The position numbers and the translations under genes were made by a program. From Neocallimastix sp. 'constans' (taxonomy: Eukaryota): a stretch of DNA of 64,000 bases. Shown piece after piece: positions 45,601 through 59,885 of the stretch. Position 1 is the first letter of the stretch; every line of letters starts with the position of its first letter. The notes under the pieces were generated by a model that was not told the origin of the DNA, did not search any database, and saw only the letters and a program-made list of their open reading frames with translations. The stretch spans positions 1 through 64,000 of the forward strand of contig JBODTK010000142.1 of the NCBI GenBank assembly GCA_050613775.1. The letters run 5' to 3'.

Positions 45601-47284
45601 AAGACCTTTTTTTTTTTCAAATTTGTAAAAAATTTTAACAATAGTTAATTAATCATATTTCATGTTTATATAAATGATTTTAAAAAATTATAAAATATTA
45701 TATATTATATAAAATATAATAAATTTGATATAGACATAAAGAATATATTACTGCATAAAATAAAAATAATATATTATAATTGTAATATATTTTTAATATT
45801 CACGACAAAGTTATAGTAAATAAATGAAAAATTTAATATATAAAAAATATATTTATATCATATGAAAGAAAGTTATTTTTATTTTATTTTATTTTATTAT
45901 TATTTTTTTTTGTTTTTTAGATTAGAAATTCAAATTAAAAAATATAAAATTTCATACATAACCTTTAATATATAAAATTCTTTTTCATAAATAATAAATA
46001 TTTATTAATTCTAAATTAATAATTTAAATATAATTATTATTTTTAATTTTATTTTTCTTATTTATTTTTATCGAAATCAAATGATATTTTAATTATTTTT
46101 TTTATCTTATATTTTTAATGAAGCTGACAACATTTTATTAATATGTATTCATGGTTATGTTACCATGGTTGTATTATATATTATATATTAAAAAAAAGTA
46201 TATGCTTTGATATTTATAAATCTTTTTGGAATAAAAATATTAAATAGAAAAGCTTAATTTTTTATAATTTTCGAATGAGAATATTAAACATATTAATTCA
46301 TTAATAATAAAAATTATTATTATTATAGTTAATTCATACATATTTCATTTTTTAAAAATATATATATAGAGTACTATATTTATTCATTAATGGTTAATTC
46401 AATACATTTTGATTTAAAATTTAAATATATTATACCCCATAATAAATATTATATAATAGCAATATTTGTTTTTATAATTTATTTGGCACAATTATTTTAT
46501 TTTTTTTTTGTTAATTTGTATTTATCAAAATGATAATTAATAATTAAGTTATTAAAAATTTTTATAAATAATAATTAATTATTTAAGGCTCTAATTAAAT
46601 TTAATTCTCCCTTATTTATAAAATAATAATAAATCATATAATAATTTTTAATTTCATTAACACTTTTTATTTTTTATTATTTTTTTTTTTTTTTACTAGT
46701 ATTTAAAATTATTTAAAATTTATCCAACATAAATTCTTTAATAGATGCTTTATTGTATTTAAAATAAATAAATCGTTAATAAATAAATAATCAAGAGGCT
46801 ATATATAATTAAATAAGAAAAATAAATTAATGACAATTTAACTAGTTTAACTATTGGATTATTGGATTTATATAAAAATAATAATAAATAAATTTATAAT
46901 TATTATATATAGAATCCAACTTCAATTTTAAAAAGTTATATAAATTTATATTATTTATTTTAAATTAAATATTAAAAAAGAAAATTAAAATTTTTTCTTT
47001 TATTTAGTTATTTAATATAGTAAATTTATATATTTAATAAAACTGATTTATATAATTATTTAATTTAGTAAATTTATATATTTAATAAAATTAAATTGAA
47101 GTATAGAAAAAAAATTATTTTATCTTACTTTTAAACTGTACATTAGTATTAATTTTAAATGTAATTTTTAACATAATGATTAATAAATCTAAACAATGAA
47201 TAATTTCCTTTCTTTTAATCTTATTCATTCTTAATATAGAATGAAGGGTAAATTAAAAATATTTATATATATATTTTATTCTAT

Positions 47285-47327
<43 letters not shown>

Positions 47328-47374
47328 ATTTTAATAAACAATAATACCATCATATTAGTTACAATTTAATTTTA

Positions 47375-47523
47375 AAAAAGTTGAATTTTAATATTTTTTT
47401 TATTAAAACATAAAAAGTTGAATTTTAATATTTTTTTTATTAAAATATAAAAAGTTGAATTTTAATATTTTTTTTATTAAAATATAAAAAGTTGAATTTT
47501 AATATTTTTTTTATTAAAATATA
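47375..47523. repeat. Minisatellite, four copies of a ~37-bp unit
   Basis: aaaaagttgaattttaatattttttttattaaaa(c/t)at repeated four times. Confidence 0.9.
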
Positions 47524-49877
47524 AATAACATAAAAATATGTATATATATATAATATTTATATGTAAATTATTTTTAATTTTTTTATAGCAAATAAATAAA
47601 AGTAATATTTTCATTCTTTAGTAAAATGTTTAGAAAAAATAAAAAATAAGAATAAAAATAATAAAAAGGATTTAATTTTAACATGTTCTATATTGTAACC
47701 ATTATTTTTATTATTATTAGTATTATTATTTTTTGAAGTTCTATTATTGTATAACAATAATTATGATATTATAATGATATAAAATATAATAATAATAATA
47801 GCAATAATCAATAATATAGTTCTAAAATATATATTAGTTAATATTGTACAAAAAAAAAATAAATATTATACTACATATTATATGTAAAAATTAATTGTAG
47901 TACAATTTATATTCAATTTTAATATAATATTTTTAATAATTTTTTTTAATGCATTTAAATTAATTATTACAAAAACTAAAAACAAAATAAATTACAATAT
48001 AATTTTACATGTTTTTTTTTTTTTTTTTTTTTTTTAATGAAAATATGGAGAAAATTATATTATTAAATAATAAATTAAATATTATATTTAAAAAAACCTT
48101 TTAATATCCATTCTGTATAATAAAAAATATCTATATTTATATTGTATAAATTATAAAACAAATAACTAATATTATTAATAGTTATAATAATTATAATAAA
48201 TAATAACAATTTATATAAGAATATTCAAAATTATTAATAATATGTAGATAATGTATACAAAAAAAAAAGAAAAAAAAAGGAATTTAATAATAAAAAAAAT
48301 AATAATAAAAAAAAAAGAATATGTATTATAGTTTTATTTTTGAATATGGAATAATAAGATAGAAAAAAGGAAAAAAGAATTTAGAATTGCGTCAGAAGTT
48401 CAAAAGGAAAAGAAAGCAAAATTTAAAACAAATTTAAGTCAAATTTAGAATATGATTATTTTTATTTTTATTTTTAATATATTTATATATAATATTTTTT
48501 TTTTAAAAAAAAAAAATCAAATTTATTTTTTATTTTTTTTTATTTCTTGCATAATTCCAAATGATAAATAAAATTTGATAAATTGTGAAACATATTGATG
48601 TAGATCATGAAACTTAAATTTTTAATTTCAAAAAAAAAATTTTTTTTTATTATGTTGACTCATAAAAAAAAAAATATAAAAAAAAAATAAAAAAATAAAA
48701 AAAATTTTTTTTTATAAAATTATTTTAATTATTGTAGTTCTTTTTTTCTAATTATTCAATTGATTTTTATTTTATTATATCAAAATTATATTATTATAAG
48801 TTTTTTGAATTATTTTATTTTATTTTTAGATTGTTCTATTACAATCCCATTTATAATAAGAAAATTATTATTTTTTTCGTTAATATAAATTAACCTTCAA
48901 TTTTTTAAATGATTGTAGTAATGGTATTTAGATTAACATTATTGATTATAATAATTGCTATTACAAATAATAGAAATAACAATGGAATTATATAGAGTAA
49001 ATATATAAAGAGAAAATTTTGTATTAATATATTTGTTTTAATAAAATATTATTAATTTATCATCTTTCTTTTTTGTACAAGTTTTTGTTATTAAAATCAA
49101 TAAATTTATCCAAATTATTAAAAATTTTATTAATAATTTAATATATGTCAATAAAAAAAAAGTTATTAGTAATATTAAAAAAAAGGTTATTTAAAAATTT
49201 CCTTTTTTAATAATTTTTTAATAAACTAATAATAAAATAATAAAAACATTAAAAAATAAAAATAATAATAATATTTAATGATATTAAAAAAAATTATTGA
49301 TTTTTGTAATCATAATTTGAAAATAGAAATTTCATAAATATTAAAAAAAATTTTAATTAATAATAATTTATTGACACACATACCCACACACAAACCCACA
49401 CACACACACAAAAAAAAAAGAAAATATTCTTATTATTATATTATTTCTTATTAAAATAAAATTAATATAATAGAAAAGGTGAGAAACTTTTTTTTTCTAT
49501 TTTTAATTTTAATTATATTTGTATTAATAAATTAAAAATAGAACTTTAAAATAATAACATCTGTGTAATATAATTCATTTTTTTTTTTTTTATATTTTTT
49601 TATTTTTGATTCCAATGATAAAGCTTATTTTAATGAAAATTTTAATTAAAGATGTTAATAATAAAATTATAAATAATAATAATAAATAATAGTAAATGAA
49701 AGTAAATAACTATTACCATTATAATTAATAATAGTCATGGTAATAATTTTACTTATATTTAATAGTAATCTTAATGACAATAATACTTAATAATAATAAA
49801 TATGATAATAAATAATTCTTGAAAATTAATAACTAATGTTTTTTAATAATGATGATGATAATAGAATAATAATTTGC

Positions 49878-50050
<173 letters not shown>

Positions 50051-50695
50051 GTACTTCATAATTCACAATAATAATAAAAATAATAAATAATGCATAATAA
50101 TAATTTTGTGAAATTAAATACTATTGTATTAATTACAAATATGTATCATGAAATTTTATATTAATAATTAACATAATATTTTAATTAAAAGAAATTAGGC
50201 TTAGTAATTAATATGATTACTAATGCATCTATTTCTTATCTTTTTTTATATAAATATTAATTATCCGATTTGATTATTATCCATCCTTAATAAAATTATG
50301 ATAAAATTTTTATAGTCCTTCCATGTAAATATTAAAAAAGATATATAACTTTAGAAGAGGACAATAATTCTTTTATTTTTATTATTAATAAAAATTTAAT
50401 ATAAATTAATAATATATATAAATTATAATAAAACAATTCAAATAATATAATAAAATTTAGTCGATATATATATATTATTTTTAAGAAAATCAAAACATAT
50501 TTTTATCATGTTGATTTTATTTTGAAATTTTTTTTTTATTTTTCTTTGAAAAAATATAAATTTTTAGATATAAGTTGGTACTCAACAATAAATTATTTTT
50601 AAAAGTTTTTACATTTAAATATTATATTTTTTTATATAATTAAAATAATTAAATGTTAAACTAAAAATAAGAAAAAGTAAAGTTTAAACAATTAT

Positions 50696-50837
50696 AAAAT
50701 AAAAAATTATATTATTTTTATAATTTTGCTCTGAATGAAAAAATAAAAAATTATATTATTTTTATAATTTTGCTCTGAATGAAAAAATAAAAAATTATAT
50801 TATTTTTATAATTTTGCTCTGAATGAAAAAATAAAAA
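50696..50837. repeat. Minisatellite, three copies of a ~43-bp unit
   Basis: aaaataaaaaattatattatttttataattttgctctgaatg repeated three times with no spacers. Confidence 0.9.
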
Positions 50838-53460
50838 AAGTAAAAAAAAAAAAAAAAAAAAAAAATTAAAATAAAATAAAAAATAATTATATTGATAATA
50901 ATGTAAATTTATTAATTTTTTAATATTTAGTATTAATTAATAAAGACTATTCTAAATTAAAACTTTTTTTTTTTAAGGTTTTTTAAATTGTATTTTTAAT
51001 ATTAAAAATTTATATTAAAAAAAAAATAAAATATTTTTCTAATTATAATAACTAAATAAGATATTGTAATAAATATATTAAATTTTAAATTGAGATAAAA
51101 TGAAAAACCGCACACAGACAAATGAATATTTCTATATTAGTCATAAAAAATTTGGCATAAAATATTTACTTAAACTATTTTGTCCAACCTTCAATCCATA
51201 TATTAAAATATATTAATTTATATAATAAAATAAAATAGGTAATTAAGAAAATATTATTAATTAATAAATAAATGATAGTAAAAGAAAAAATTTTAAGAAT
51301 ATTATATATATTAAATAGAAAATATTAAAAAAAATTTGTTACTTTAAAAGGAAAAAGAAATTTACGGTTAACTATTTTTAATATAGTTTAATTTTATTAA
51401 CATAAAAATAAATAGAAGCATATGTCAAAAAAAAATTCTCATTATTTAAATTGTTAATATATTGGTTTTATATTAATTTAATATTATAATAATTTCAAAT
51501 ATGATAATTTAGGTTTGATTTCATTTTTTATAATTTTTTAATAAAATTTTTGTTATATTTTTATTATTATAATAGTAAATTAATTAGTAAATTAATTTTT
51601 TTTTTATACAATTATGTTAGTATTTTTTTTAATAATTTCATATTAGATGAAAGAAATTTAAAAAAATAAATAAATAAATAAATTAATATTTAAAGATTAA
51701 GAATTAATAATGTAAATAAATTTATTATACTTAAATTTGTACTTACTGATACAATTTTATAATTTATTTAATAATAAACAAAAATTAATAAGGATTATTA
51801 TTAATTATCTTTAATTAATTTAAATTAATAAATTCGTTTTTTTTTTTATCTATTACGGTTTTTATTTTATTTTATTTTTTTTATTAAATGAAAATTTTAA
51901 ATGTAGTAAGTATTATAATTTCTAAATATAGCCATATTAAAATTCGGATAATTATTTTTTTTTTTTTTTTTTTTTTTTTAAAAATATTATTATAAAATAT
52001 AATTTTAATACTTTATATATTCTATATATATATTTTTTTTTCTTTTTTTTTATTCTCTTATATATTATATATTCCCTTTTATTTAATATATATATTTTAT
52101 TAACATCATGAAACATTATGAATCAGTGAGTTATTTTATGTTTGTTATTTTTGTTAATAATATATATATATATTTTCAATAATTAAATTATAAAATTATT
52201 TTATATCTTTCTTTATATTCGTAATAGATTATTAAATATTTAATTTGTATATATTAATAATTGTTATTAAGCGGATAAATCTTAATAAATTTATAATATT
52301 AGATGTAAGATATAAGATATATAAAATTGATAGTAAAAAGTAATTTGATAATAATTAGAATATATAATTTTAATTTTATAATTAATTTTTTTTTTAAATT
52401 ATATAATATAGTTGTTTAAATATTTATGTTTTTATTAATTTTATCATTAATTTCATTAATATATATATTAAATATTACTTTAAAGCAAAATAGAAATCTA
52501 CTTATGATTATTGAAGGATTTTTTTTGTCCTTGATTCAACCAAAAAATAATTATTATCTTAATCTTATAATTCAAGTTTTTAGTCAGTTGATATCTTTTT
52601 AAGAGATAATTTTAAATTTTATACTAATTCGATAAAATAATTTTTAAATCATTTTTTATATGTTTTGAATTTTTTTTTTTTTTCTCATTCTCTTTTTTAA
52701 AAATAATATATATATATATATATATATAATTTTCACTTAATTTTCTATTAATTTATTATTGAAATTAACTCTAAAAAAAAAATAATAAGCATAAATTAAT
52801 AATGATAATGATAAATAAATAAAAATAATTTCGTAATAGCCATTATAGCATTGCAATAATATAAATATATATCATTTAAAATAAAAATATTATTACTACT
52901 AAAGAAATATATCATTTAAAATAAAAACATTACTTTTACTAAGAATATCAAAAAAAAAAAAAAAAAAAAAAGTATTATATAATATAAATTAATAGGAAAA
53001 AAAAAAAAAAAAAAAAATTTTAATAATATTAAAACAAACCTATTTAACTATTTTATTGAAAATAATATTTGTTTAATTATTGATACCTTCATTTTCAATA
53101 TTTTATAATTTTGGATTTAATATTTATTTTTACTATAAATTAATATTATATTATTATTTAGTAGATTTCTTTTGTTAATATAAAATATATCTTTGTTTAT
53201 AATTTTTTATTAAATCTTTTTTTATGTATACAATTTTTATTTTTTTTTTTTTAATATATATTATATTTTATATATATGAAAAATTTCTCAGCTTAAATCT
53301 TTTACCTACAAACATATATATATATATTTTTTAATTTAATTTTTTAATTTTTTAATTTTGTTTATTTATTTATTTTATTTATAATTATTATTATTATTAT
53401 TATTTTTTTTTTAATTTATATTTAATACAATAATGTGTAGTACTTATATAATGCTTAATA

Positions 53461-53496
<36 letters not shown>

Positions 53497-53624
53497 TTCA
53501 AGAAAAATAACAACTTTATTATAATACTTTTTCGTTAATTAAATTTAATATGAAATATTAGATTAATTAAAAATTAACAAAAAAAGAATGTTTTAAATAA
53601 ATTTATTTTTCTGTATGTATAAAT

Positions 53625-53662
<38 letters not shown>

Positions 53663-54346
53663 GAAAAATGAATGATAAAATACTTTTAATAGTTAAAAAT
53701 TTATTTTTCGTTTAATATTTATTAAAATATATATTTAATGAAAAATAAATGATATATATATATATTTTTTTAATATTCATAATATTATATGAAATTAAGA
53801 ATATTATTTAAATAATTTTTGAATAATTGAATAAATTAATATTTTCATTTATTTCGTTGAAATATATATTTATTTATTTATATAAGATCACTTTATTATT
53901 CACTATGTATTGACAGTTAAATAATAAATATATATACTTATTTAAGATTTTTTTTTTTTAGGTAAAAAAAAAAAAAGAAAAAAATCAATAAAAACAAATT
54001 AATAAAAGTTAAATTGAAATTATATTCTTCTTATTTATTAATTTTTTAAAAATATACAGATACAGTTAATGATATGAAATATTATAATTTTAATAATTTT
54101 AATATTTATATTAAAATTATTATTAATTTACATTAAATTGATGCTATAGATAATTTTATTAAATATTTTTATTTTATTTTATTTCCTTTTTTATTTTTTA
54201 TTTTTTTTTTATTTTTTTTTTTTATATTAACATTTTATTATGGTGATATAAGTTTTTAAATTTTTATTTTAGATTTTTCCAATGGAACAATTATTATTAT
54301 TACTATTATTATTATTATTATTATTATTACTTTTATTTTATTTAAT

Positions 54347-54545
54347 TCCTCTGAAAGAGAAGACCATAATTTCTTTCAGATATTCAATTCAAACCCTAAT
54401 CCATAAGGAGATGAAGTTCGTTGCATATGGACTTTTTACTGAATTTATTTATACACTTTATTTTTGAATATTACTTTTTTATTTCACGGTACTATTTTAA
54501 ATATTATTATATTCAAATTGGATAAATAATATTTATTTATTTTAT
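54347..54545 (+). mobile_element. Solo 3' end of the LINE subfamily found at 12692-14736
   Basis: cctctgaaagagaagaccataatttcttt...caattcaaaccctaatccataaggagatgaagttcgttgcatatg is the reverse complement of ~12800-13005. Confidence 0.85.
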
Positions 54546-54829
54546 TAATTTTGTGTTTTTTTATTTTTTTTATTAAAATTAAAAATGTTAATTATAGGTT
54601 TAGAATACACAATAAATATTAATAATATTCTTAATATAATCTCAGATAATCTTTTGTTTATTTTTTATTTTTACTTATTTATTTTTTTAATCTTTATAGG
54701 TTCAATTCTTCTTTTTTTAAAAAATATTTTTACTACTATATAAATTTATATTTTCAATGTAATTGATAATGTATTAAAATGTATGTTTAGTATTTTGTAT
54801 CTAAACACTACATTAAATTACATTGAGAA

Positions 54830-54866
<37 letters not shown>

Positions 54867-54980
54867 TGATATTAATAAATGTTAATAGTAAATATAATGT
54901 AATATAATAAAATTAGTAATATTAATATTGATAAGAATAAAGTTTTAAGAATAAATAAAATATATATATATATTTTTCTT

Positions 54981-57290
54981 TTAATCGAATATAAATTTAG
55001 AATAAATGGACATTTTTGGTCCGGAAATACATTTAGTAAGTGGATCTGCTGCCATTTTATTGGACTCAATCTTTTCCAAATTTATTTTATATTTTATGAT
55101 ATTTTCGTAAATAAATTTGTACTTTATGTCCATATGTTTTATTCCTCCTCTGGCATTTTCACTTTCAACCATAGCTTTGCATGCATTATTGTCTACAAAG
55201 ATCTTTATATTTAATTCTTTGAAAGTAATTTCTTTTATGATTTTTCTTAATTTTAATGCATATTTTGTGCACTCAATGAGACTAACACACTCTGCTTCGG
55301 CAGAAGATAATGTAACACATTTTTGTGTTTGTGATTTCCAAGCTATTGGAGCATTCCCCAAGAGGAATATAATACCACTTGTTGATCTTCTTGTTGATTC
55401 ATCGCCTCCCCAGTCTGAGTCAGAATATCCAACTAAAGTTTCATTACCATTATAGTAAATTGACATATTTAATAGTTTTCTTAATAAAGACTTACTTTAT
55501 TTAGAAATTTAATATTAGCATTAATTAGAGGTATTTATATCTTTAATTTTATTGACTTTTCCTTTGTTGACTTTAAATATTGCAAGGTCATCATAACAGA
55601 ATCATAATCAACTTTAGTTGGCTTTTCACAGTTTCTGGCAAGTTGATTTACCGAGAATGCTATATCCGTTCTCGTTTTAACAGCGATGTACAGTAATGCT
55701 CCTAAAAGTGATTTGTTACTGGTTACATCAACTAACTTGGAATTTTCCCTTTGTTCCATAGTTATCCTATGGCGCCATAGAGTATAGATTCTTTTGGTTT
55801 TATACATCATGTATTTTTTGACGATTTTATCAATATAATCTTTTTGATTGATTTTATAGCGCCTTTTATCTTTCATAATATTAATGCCTATGATTTTATT
55901 AGCAACTGATTCTTTGGATATTTTGTATTTTCTTTTAATTTTGTTGATAATTTCTTTAACTTCATCTTCATTACCGGTTAATAATATATCATCAACATAT
56001 AAATTTAAAATTGCGTATTATAACTTGTGATTCTTGTTATACTTACAAAATATACATTCGCCAGTATTTAATTGATTTAAACCTATACTTTTTTGAAATT
56101 TTGTAATTTCCTTATTCCAAGCTCTTCCGCTTTGTTTTAAGCCGTACAAAGCTTTACTTAATAACCAGTATTTTTCTTTATTAAAATTTTTGTCTCCTTC
56201 TGGAATTTTAACAAATATTTTTTCTTTCAATTCAGCATTTAGGTATGCTGCTCTTATATCGATTTGCATTATTTTCCAATTCATTATAGATGCTATCGCG
56301 ATAGTAATTCTCAAACTATCAGACTGCAAAGTCGGAGCATATGTGTCAATGAAATCCTTACCTTTGATTTGTTTGAAACCCTCTGATTACAAACCTGACT
56401 TTTCTTGTTCCGTCATCTTTGATCATGAATAATCCATGTTCCATCAAGTATATTTGCACCTTCAGGTATTTCACTACTGTCAACAACGATTGTGACATGG
56501 TTATCATAAATATTTTTAAATTCTTTAGCAATTGCTATTTTCCATTTTTCATGATCAGCTGATTCTAATGCTTGTTTGTATGTTAGAGGAACATTTGTTT
56601 TAATTAACACATAATATATTATTTTCTTTATTATTTATTGATAATTTTTCATCATCCGGCTTTTCAACTGGAATTTGTAAATCATTTTTATTAATTTCAT
56701 TGTGATCCACTTTTTGCAATTGTCCTGTTTTATTAGCATTAATTATGCTTGATGACCTTTCCCCTTCAATTGATGAAGTGGATGATTCAAGTAGTGAAAT
56801 AATAATTTTATTAGTAAAAAAAAGGTGTATTAATAGTGCCTGGTTAGATTTTCAAAGAAATAGACATCCCTAACAGTAGTGTCTAAATCTAAAATCCTGT
56901 AACCAGTTGAATCATTAGAATAACCTAAAAAAATACCTTGTTTTGCATTATTCTCGTATTTTTCCTTTTTATAATTATTGAAGAACGCTACTTTACATCC
57001 GAAAACTTTCAGATTTGAAATATCTGATAATTTATTGAAGAAAAACATCGTCAGAAACTAAATTTTCATTTCCTTGATGGGGATTTAGGTTGTATAATTT
57101 GGCAGCGACAACAATTGCCTCATCCCAGAAACTAAGAGGAAGTTTTGCCCAATTTAATAACGTTTTGGCGTAATTATTTAATGTTTGGTTTATGCGTTCT
57201 GCTTTACCATTTTGTTCATGTACGCCAGCTTCAGAATGGATAAATTTTATGCCATTTTCATGGACAAATACTGTTAATTAACTACTTTTA
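54981..57290 (-). mobile_element. Ty1/copia pol pseudogene (integrase, RT, RNase H), no LTRs seen
   Basis: Copia domain order: EQNGKAERINQTL and LPLSFWDEA (integrase), LKVFGCK...GIFLGYS, QIDIRAAYLNA, KALYGLKQSGRAW, YVDDIL (RT), GYSDSDWGGD..RRSTSG and ADPLTK (RNase H). Frameshifted. Confidence 0.93.
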
Positions 57291-57299
57291 AGAGTCCAA

Positions 57300-58710
57300 C
57301 AAAATATGGTTCTAATTTTGATCAATTAAAATTTCTGACTAGAACTGAATCTTCTGTTACTATGTTCTTATTTTCTTTCCTTGGTTGAAAGTATTCGTTT
57401 CTGCTCTTCTGGAGCCCAAAATTTACTAGTATTTTTACTAACTATTTTAAGCAGCTCCCTAATCCATCTATAGTGAGAAACAAACTATTTCAGGAATATT
57501 TTCTTTCGACGATTAGAATAAATCTTTTGTTGACCTTACCACTATATCAAAGGGTTGTTGGCCTTCTCGTCCATATATTAGCTACAGTTTTGAAATTAAT
57601 TAATACGTCATAAAATGGATTTTCTTTTTCTACAATTCCACAATTAACCTCCATAGTAAAATTTTTAATACGTAAAGGTACTCGAATAATAATACTTTCC
57701 AAATATTTATCATTATAAGTTGTAAGACAAATTCTTTCACGGCTTAACCCAACAGTTTCGAAAGTCTACTGAAATTCCATTTAAGTATATATGAGTAATA
57801 ATCTTGAAGTTCCTGCAAGAGTCAACTAATAATTTACCTTAAAACACCTTCAATAAGACAGTCCATTATTGTACCATCATTTTCTCTTTCTGTTTCTTTT
57901 ATAGGAGTGATTTATATCATTTACCATAACGATTGCAGTTGTAATACTTTCCTTTGAACCAACAATTTTATTTTTCTTTACATGGTTTTAATCCTTGGGA
58001 CACTTGAAATAGAATTTGAGGAAGAGAATTTATTAACTATTCGAAGGTAATATTATCTTGTTTAAATCTTCAATGACATCGTATTCTTTTCCTTTTTCTA
58101 ACATCTGAATTTTTCTTTTAACTCTGGATGTGTTGTTTTCCTTTTCTGAGTTCTCTTCATTAAAAATAACTTTTTTATAGTTTCCGTAGTTTTATTTGCT
58201 TTGCTTGTAGGTCTTTCACAATTATCTTGTACAATTTTAATGTCTGAATTTTCTTTTTCACATTCACTCATAATAAATTACTTCAGTCATTTCTTTGGAA
58301 TTGGTTATGGGATTTATTTCTGTCGCTTGTTTTCCTCTTTACCTATCACGAATTTCTTTAGATCTTACTTTTTCCTTATTAATTCTTGGCTTCGCATTTA
58401 CGTAATTGTTTTTTTGATTAGTTCTGGAATAGTAATTTTAAGTTCTCTTCCTTTTCTAAGAGTATAAATATCATAGGCCTATTTCAATCAGTGTCATCTT
58501 TGAAGGAGACTCATTTCCAGGCCTCTTCATTATTTCTTAAAGAGAAAGTGTATTATAAAATATTAACTTGGTTTTTGTACTTTTTATCTAGTTTCATATA
58601 CAAAGATCCTAATCTAGTGTTGAAATCTTTAACTCTTTCATTTCATTAAATTTTAAGGGAATAGATTTCTCTTACTAAGATATTTTGATCTTCTTTAATA
58701 CCATGGAAAT
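57300..58710 (-). mobile_element. Decayed gag/protease-like region, probably from a different (gypsy-type) LTR element
   Basis: Coding-like composition; remnants ERVKDFNTRL (gag-like), a degenerate zinc knuckle near 57970-58010 and LLVDS.G (aspartic-protease-like) near 57810-57830. Confidence 0.45.
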
Positions 58711-59141
58711 AAAAAAATAATATAATAATGAAATACTAATGAAATACTAATGTAAGTTTTGATGATATTCTTTTATTATATTAATTTTTTTTTTTTAAAA
58801 AGAATTTTTAAATCTTTCCATTGAATATTTAAAATATGTATATATATATATTAATGCTTTTTATACCAACTATTGGTATAAAATGTTCTAAGTAGCTGGT
58901 TTATTAAAAATCAAGTTTATTTCTAATAGTTAAATTAGGTAGAATAAAAATAAAAAAAAATAATAAAAAAATTAAAAATTAATAATAAATTAGATAAAAA
59001 CCAAATATTCTTATCTTATCTTAACAACAATAATAATTTTTATTATTACTTATGAATTCTATGTAATATTTTTTTTTTCAAAGAGAGAGCGTTTAGCAAA
59101 TGCTAAAAGTCTCTTTGATAAAAAGTTTATTAAATGTAAAT

Positions 59142-59405
59142 CAATAAATAATATTTAACTAATTTTATAAGTTATTAAATTAATATTATTAAAATAAAAT
59201 ATAAATTTTAAAATTATATTTAATATTACTGGAATTTTAATTAAAAAAAAAAAAAATTTTTTTATTAATAATAAATCAATAAATAATATTTAACTAATTT
59301 TATAAGTTATTAAATTAATATTATTAAAATAAAGTATAAATTTTAAAATTATATTTAATATTACTGGAATTTTAATTAAAAAAAAAAAAAATTTTTTTAT
59401 TAATA
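59142..59405. repeat. Tandem duplication of a ~130-bp unit
   Basis: tcaataaataatatttaactaattttataagtt...attactggaattttaattaaaa...ttttattaata occurs twice. Confidence 0.88.
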
Positions 59406-59714
59406 AATAATTTTAATATAAAAATAAGTACTAAAAAGAACTCTAATTACAAATAAATTATTGTACAAATTAAGGTATTTTAACAAGCTCTAAATAAAAT
59501 AAAAAAAATTTGGAAAATAATGAAATAATGAATATGAGAAATACTTGAATATATATATATAAAGTATAATCAATATGATTTACATAAATATTACAATTCC
59601 AAAAAAATATAATATACAATAAAACATATTTCTCATTATATAAAATTGATCTCATTAAGGAACTTCAAATACAGTAAATGAAGAATAAAATAGAATAAAT
59701 AAATATATGATTTT

Positions 59715-59885
59715 ATTATATGATAAATTAGAAATTCTGATACAGATTGGAATAATTTTTATCTATATGGAGTTATCATTGTTGAATAGGAAGAATTAGA
59801 GGTTCTTTTGACCTCGAAAGACATAACATAGTTTTTAGATATTAATGTAAAGAATTTCATGTATTATTTTTAAGAAATGTCTAAA
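59715..59885 (+). mobile_element. Short 3' fragment of a non-LTR retrotransposon
   Basis: aattctgatacagatt...gaataggaagaattagag...catagtttt matches the reverse complements of 6610-6760 and 19780-19910. Confidence 0.7.

Noticed and set aside
34645..45641. Short ORFs in the desert (34645, 39622, 41478, 45405)
   Set aside because: I/F/K/Y/L-dominated composition expected from near-pure AT DNA; no GC rise, splice structure or motifs.
50696..50837. CRISPR-like short repeats here and at 47375-47523
   Set aside because: Head-to-tail units with no unique spacers, no cas genes, and a eukaryotic context.
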